Below, one piece after another: positions 57,064-64,000 of a DNA stretch of 64,000 nt; the stretch's first letter is position 1; the number at the start of each line of letters is the position of its first letter. Both the position numbers and the translations under genes were made by a program. The stretch comes from Eledone cirrhosa (Eukaryota): positions 371,628,001 through 371,692,000 of the forward strand of contig OZ024741.1 of assembly GCA_964016885.1 (NCBI GenBank), read 5' to 3'. The notes under the pieces are model-generated. The model saw nothing but the letters and a program-made list of their open reading frames with translations. It ran no database searches and was not told the DNA's origin.

Positions 57064-57625
57064 ATGGTGGCTGCCAACTCGTTTTCGAGTACGGCCACTA
57101 CTTTATATCCATGTAGGAGAAACCCTACCGATATGCTGAACGAGTGTGACTTTTTAGTCCAGCCATCGACTTCAAAACTCTGGTACAAACACTACACTTG
57201 TGACAATTATTGACACATAGTGCTGGGCCCATGGTACCATGTGACGACAAGTGCAGAGAGGTCTCCAGATATAAAGCAATGCCTGTGCCGTGAAGCTTTT
57301 ATAGTGAGCAAAGGCACTGCACAAAGCCAGTCCCACTCTCTTAACCAAGATGATATTTACCAAAAAGAAGAACAAGTCAATATCATTGGATACCATCAGG
57401 GTTGCAGGTGTTATATCAGAGTTTTCCTTCTCCTAGAATTCTGCCTTGACAAAGGCTAAGGCGTCATCTCTCCCGGTGATTTTGGATGGCCATTGACTCT
57501 TAAGAGCTCCTTTGCCATTTGACAGGTTTTGTTTTTAGTCCTGCAGGATGTCCAAAGTCACCCTCCTCACCAAGAATCCTTGGTGGGGTTGTCAACGACC
57601 CGACCATGGGACAGGTTGTACTGGG
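57064..57625 (-). mobile_element. RTE-derived element R-A, longest copy
   Basis: Colinear with the other copies. (CATA)n on both sides. Confidence 0.82.
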
Positions 57626-57670
57626 ATACATACATACATACATACATACATACATACATACATACATACA

Positions 57671-57700
<30 letters not shown>

Positions 57701-57702
<2 letters not shown>

Positions 57703-58343
57703 AATGCAGGCTATGTAAAACAAAGATCAAAGATGTAAGCCACATTGTTGCCAGCTGCGAAAGAATGTCATCTCGCTACTACCTCACCATTATCCACGAT
57801 GTGATAGCTAGAACTATCTGGAACGCACTTCGGAAAACAAAATTGAAAAGAATATATTGAGACAGGTGGCACTAAGGAATACTGGTGGAATCTGTAAATA
57901 AAAACTGCCACCAAATTAAAGCACAACCGGCCTGATATTGTTGTTTGGGACCACACATTGAAAACGTGTTCTGTTGTGGAGATCAGCTGCCCACTTGATG
58001 TAAACGTTGTCAGAAAAATACAGGAGAAGAAGGACATCTACAGACCATGATGAGGAGTTTACAAATCCAGGATCCAAGATACACCTTTAGCTTCTTCCCA
58101 TCATTATTGTAGCTACGGGTTATATACCAACCTGCTTGGACCAAAGTATGACTGAACTTGGATTTGCGGACAAAGAGCGCAGCTCTCTAATTCATAGTCT
58201 GCAAATGGCTGCGATAGCTGGCACCTTCAAAATTTGCAAAACATTATTGCGATTTAAGGGATGACAATTTCTTTTCTTTTACAACCTTGCCACCAGGAAG
58301 GTGGCCGGTCAAAAATATACTCGAAATTAAGAGAAAGAGATAA
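57701..58343 (+). mobile_element. R4/Dong-type LINE 3' fragment
   Basis: KCRLC knuckle through to the 3' UTR, with frameshifts. Preceded by (CATA)n. Confidence 0.9.
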
Positions 58344-58379
58344 CATATACATATATACACACACATATACGCACACTCG

Positions 58380-58479
<100 letters not shown>

Positions 58480-59031
58480 CACAATATGGAGAAGTGTATC
58501 GATGAGGCCCGGCTCTGTAATCAAAAATTCATCGGACTTCTGTTATGGTAATGACAGAATGATTTCCTTACAGCTTTAAGAACATATACATCAGTTCTCA
58601 TTCATTTATAGTGACCAATTGTATATATATATTACTCCACGGACAGCGATTTGGGCTTCTTTGTCAGACGCTGTTACCCCGGGGAGACCAGCAGTTCCGT
58701 TGGTAAGGATCGGAACTGACACAGTCCATCTCAATGGCTGAAGTCAAAATGAAATTGACGGCACCATAGTTTGGCTAATTCAATGAAGAATAAATTTTGT
58801 AATGTTGAGGTCCCTTCTTTTCTCGTCCAATGTCATTCGTTCATGTAACTGCACACACTCACACACACTCACACACACACCGACTCATACATATATAATG
58901 TTATGCGGTATATTGCTGCGTTTCAGATGACGTCCGGAGTATGGTTATTTCACATTTAAAATCTAAGGGGCCAATGCTACCATTTAACTCACCCAGCCTA
59001 ATAAGGAAGTTTTATAATTATTTCTCTCTCG

Positions 59032-59078
<47 letters not shown>

Positions 59079-59083
59079 ACACA

Positions 59084-59166
<83 letters not shown>

Positions 59167-59252
59167 ATACACACACATTACGGTCTCACCTCATACTGTA
59201 AACCAGACAATACAGTCGTTTTCACTTTTATCCGTCTTCTCTTAACTGTTCT

Positions 59253-59280
59253 CCCGGGCGATGCCGGGTTCCTCAGCTAG
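59253..59280 (+). mobile_element. Helitron 3' terminus
   Basis: cccgggcgatgccggg hairpin plus ctag|t. 5' extent unresolved. Confidence 0.6.
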
Positions 59281-59292
59281 TATATACGTATA

Positions 59293-59357
<65 letters not shown>

Positions 59358-59360
<3 letters not shown>

Positions 59361-59908
59361 GTCGGGTCGTTGGCGACTAAACTGGCAACCCCACCAAGGT
59401 TTCTTGGTGAGGAGGGTGACTTTGGACATCCTGCAGGACTAAAAACAAAACCTGTCAAAGGGCAAAGGAGCTCTTAAGAGTCAATGGCCATCCAAAATCA
59501 CCGGGAGAGATGACCCCTTAGCCTTTGTCAAGGCAGAAATCTAGGAGAAGGAAAACTCTGATATAACACCTGCAACCCTGATGGTATCCAATGATGTTGA
59601 CTTGTTCTTCTTTTTGGTAAATATCATCTTGGTTAAGAGAGTGGGACTGGCTTTGTGCAGTGCCTTTGCTCACTATAAAAGCTTCACGGCACAGGCATTG
59701 CTTTATATCTGGAGAGCTCTCTGCACTTGTCGTCACATGGTACCATGGGCCCAGCACTATGTGTCAATAATTGTCACAAGTGTAGTGTTTGTGCCAGAGT
59801 TTTGAAGTCGCTGGCTGGACTAAAAATCACACTCGTTCAGCGCATCGGTAGGGGTTCTCCTACATGGATATAAAGTAGTGGCCGTACTCGAAAACGAGTT
59901 GGCAGCCA

Positions 59909-59912
<4 letters not shown>
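59358..59912 (+). mobile_element. RTE-derived element R-A
   Basis: Reverse complement of the 15634 and 57064 copies. (TA)n flanks. Confidence 0.82.
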
Positions 59913-59979
<67 letters not shown>

Positions 59980-60675
59980 TATATACGAGGATCGGCTGAA
60001 ATGTACATAGGCTACCAAGATATTCTCATGGAATGACCATATGTTTATTTTTTCAACATAGTCCCTGGAAGAAACAATGCAGTTACTAATAAAAAGAAGT
60101 TGGAATTAATGCATGCAAGATTTCACTGCACTAACATCACTCCTTCATTGTCAGCCTATAAAGTTCACAGCCCACCGCCGTATACATATATGTGTGTGCG
60201 TGTATATATATATGTATATATAAACATATATATACATATGCGTATTTACGCATATGTGTGTGTGTTTCTCTGTGTGTATGTGTGTGTGCGTGAGTGTAAA
60301 TAAACTGTGTAATAAGAGACACATACTCTCTATTTATGTATACGTATATGAGTATTTCTTCATATTTATTTACCTTAACATATAGATTTATATAAGTTAT
60401 CAGTGTGAAACATAAAACGTACGTTTGTAAGATAAACGACACACATTATTCTAGGAGGCTGAAAGCCTCTTTACGTAGACCCCCCCCCCCCCCACACACT
60501 CACACACACACTCATACATGCATACGCGCGCAAACACACACACACAGGCATTACACACACAAATATACCCCACACATACACATGCAGACATACACACACA
60601 AACATACCCCTCCACACACACACACATATATATACATATGCTTTTAAGGATCATTTCTTAAGTATGTGTCGCAAC

Positions 60676-61181
<506 letters not shown>

Positions 61182-61857
61182 TATAAATTATGTCCATAGA
61201 ATTATTTGATAAGATATATACACCATTTCCTCTCCCAATCAGCATAATCAACCACACAAAAAACCAATTAAACCAGGCTATAAGATTAAAAGGCATCTAT
61301 GAAGAAATAATAGATAAATAAACGACAGCCATCTATTCGCGATCAACAGCTATAGAATATTTACCCAGCATTTCAATAGCACGTGGAAATCGATTAAATA
61401 TATCGTCAACCATACACAATTAGGTATAAAATTAAAGTTAGAATAAAAAATGTATATAAACATACCAGGATTACGTTTCTACCCTAAGGGTTTCATTTGC
61501 TTTTGGAAATATCCGATCAAGAATAAATTCTCGAGCTTCGAAATCATCAGGAAACAAACTCACTTGGACGAAGATTTTTCTTAAACGATCCCCGCCAGAA
61601 ACGAATTCAAAATGGCTAAGAACTGTGACGTGGCAGTGGTCAAGTCAGAAAGAATGTAATTGGTGCCTTACGGCGAATAGGCTGGTTGCTAGAAAGCGCA
61701 GCCTGATATTGCCTAAATATGGGAGATTATCAAATATAAAGATTTACATATACACAAACTAGACAAAGTCATAGATATATATGTTTTTGGCAACCATTCA
61801 CGATGTGGCTCAATGATGAATTAATAAATTAAATAATCAGAGCAATATACTATACTA

Positions 61858-62018
<161 letters not shown>

Positions 62019-62235
62019 GGTTAGACCATTACTCAACACGGTAATCAATATTTGGGATAGTAGTGTATGACTATATTAGAAAGAGTCGGGCCCCGACTCT
62101 TTGATATATTCTTAGAAGAAAATAGAGAAAAATAATCTTTTTCTTTTCGTTTCGGCAGCGAGGCTACTCATATGTTTATTGTATATAAACATATATAATA
62201 CAATACGTTTATGTTTTCATATACAACTATATATA

Positions 62236-62757
62236 CTAGCAGAAAAACCACCAATCGGGTGGTTTTCTGCTAGCATGGTGTAGTGTGTATATTGATATTA
62301 TATGCATGTAGATATGATACATCAAATAAAATCGTAATTGACAATATAAACAGAAATTGAATGAAGACTGCGTTACACTCTCTTATGTAATCAATAACGT
62401 AATCCATGATACATAAACAAAAAGACGATATTATATATAAACTGCATTAGGAGAAAATTAGTGACGGAAATATATGAATGTTTATTTAAGCGATCGCTAA
62501 CCGGAAGTGTTGACAAATAAACAATAAAATATATTTAACCAACAGCTATGAGTTCAAATCCCGCCTAGGTTGACTTTGCCTTTGTCCTTACGGGGTCGAT
62601 AAAATAAAGTACCAGTAATGCACTGGGTAATTGCTGGCCTTGTGCCTAAAGTAGAAACAATTATTTATTCAAAGTAATCCTACTTATTTTACTAATGGGA
62701 TAAAAAAAATTATAAACCGTACGCAGTCCCGTATTCCTTACTTTATTATAGTTTAGA
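62236..62757 (-). mobile_element. Non-autonomous Helitron-like H2, copy 2, with SINE fragment (~62543..62665)
   Basis: Homologous to 31208..31697, same termini. Confidence 0.72.
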
Positions 62758-62769
62758 TATATAAAATAA

Positions 62770-63086
62770 TAATTTTATTTCTCGCTCAAGCACATGATAG
62801 AGCACCCGCGAAGAGTGAAAATTCGCAAATATTGAACGTGGTCCATAAAAATGCCTATAAACGTCAAAATATAACGTAAAGCATAGGCCGGCAAATACGG
62901 TTTATTGTTACTAATAATTTAGCGTTAAAAAGCGATAATATATATATTGCCACGAAAAAGTCAATAAATAATCGCGCAAGATATTTACGATTCCGCGAAT
63001 GTGCAGTGGTTTCCACGAACAATTATTAGTTAGGTTCTAAGGAAAAGGCCGCGAATAACTGGGACTGCGAATGCCAGGGTACACTG

Positions 63087-63087
<1 letters not shown>
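62770..63087. mobile_element. Tigger/pogo-like MITE remnant
   Basis: Right end reads ta-cagtgtaccctggcattcgc on the minus strand. Left TIR not seen. Confidence 0.4.
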
Positions 63088-63159
<72 letters not shown>

Positions 63160-63645
63160 GGAAAAAATGAAACGAAATTTCATTTCCCACTCTTAGTACG
63201 ACTGTTACTTAAATATAAGTATGTACACGTACATACATATATGTATACAGACGTACAGTAGTATGTATATATATATATACATGCACACATATATATATGT
63301 ACGTATGGATTCACCGAACATTTATTATAATGCTCGGTGTGTTTGTAAACAAACATCCCGTATATATATATATATATATATATACGCAGACACATTTATA
63401 CATACACACACATTAGCTCACTTGTAATTAATAGTTCAGAAATGAATCGCTACTCTATATCTTATATAGTAGCTTGAAGTAGTTTTAGGTGCGGTCAACC
63501 GTTATAGACGGGATTCGTGGTGGTAGCTGAATAATTTAAACAGAAACGACCGGAAACTGGTATATGCCGGCATCACTGCCTCACCCTACTGAGCTGAAAT
63601 TTTTATCTCAGATGTGATTAATCATGGACGATATATTTAGCTCCA

Positions 63646-63890
63646 CTGGGTGTAGTGGTATGACTCGGCTTGCGATCGTATGGTCGTGAATTCGACACCC
63701 AGAGGCGCATTATGTCCTTGAGCAAGACAAAATGGTGAAGGTATTGACGCTGCGGAGAACATCCAGTGACATCAGCCACTTGATCGTGAATTCGATACCC
63801 AGAGACGCATTGTGTCCTTGAGCAAGACAAAATGGCGAAGGTATTGCCACTGCGGAGAACATCTAGTGGCACCCACTACATCAGCCACTC
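63646..63890 (+). mobile_element. SINE family 2-like with ~100-bp internal tandem duplication
   Basis: tcgtgaattcga..tgtccttgagcaagacaaaatgg..gcggagaacatc occurs twice. Confidence 0.65.
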
Positions 63891-64000
63891 CACGCCACGC
63901 TATGTTATTCTTTCCTCTGTTGTTCTAATCCACTTATTTGTCAAAAATGCGTTGTACCTGTAATTTAAACGGTCTGCTTTGTCACACAGTATGTTGCGCT

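Noticed and set aside
59425-59475. Twister ribozyme in the RTE-derived 5' UTR
   Set aside because: Overall spacing is reminiscent, but the UAA cleavage motif and pseudoknot pairings are not identifiable. Kept only as unclassified structure.

Overview
Eukaryotic, very AT-rich, repeat-saturated animal DNA. The (TA)n/(TATG)n/(CA)n/(GA)n/(GTT)n load and the SINE types suggest a cephalopod such as Octopus (inference). I find no confident host gene, and almost all ORF-track entries are microsatellite read-through. The window is a nest of mobile elements in microsatellite arrays: a near-intact CR1-type LINE (ORF1 plus APE-RT ORF2, minus strand), a DD37D-type Tc1/mariner with perfect TIRs, a 5'-truncated Naiad-like Penelope element (RT plus GIY-YIG) with pLTR fragments, several R4/Dong-type RLE LINEs in (CATA)n, a non-autonomous RTE-derived family, Helitron pieces, CRE/RTE-X/RTE remnants, MITEs and many tRNA-derived SINEs. 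Main observations: (1) an in-frame U_UUU_UUA slippery heptamer with a predicted pseudoknot that would fuse LINE ORF1 to an AUG-less ORF2 by -1 frameshift; (2) hammerhead-ribozyme motifs (one canonical, one family-fixed CAGAAGA variant, one UUGAAAA variant, one half-core family) in short, mostly fold-back elements inserted in (TA)n; (3) a tRNA-headed element with the same fold-back architecture; (4) a tRNA-Asp head fused to the local LINE's 3' tail; (5) a covarying structured 5' RNA in the RTE derivatives. All structures and alignments were done by eye, and repeat boundaries are approximate.
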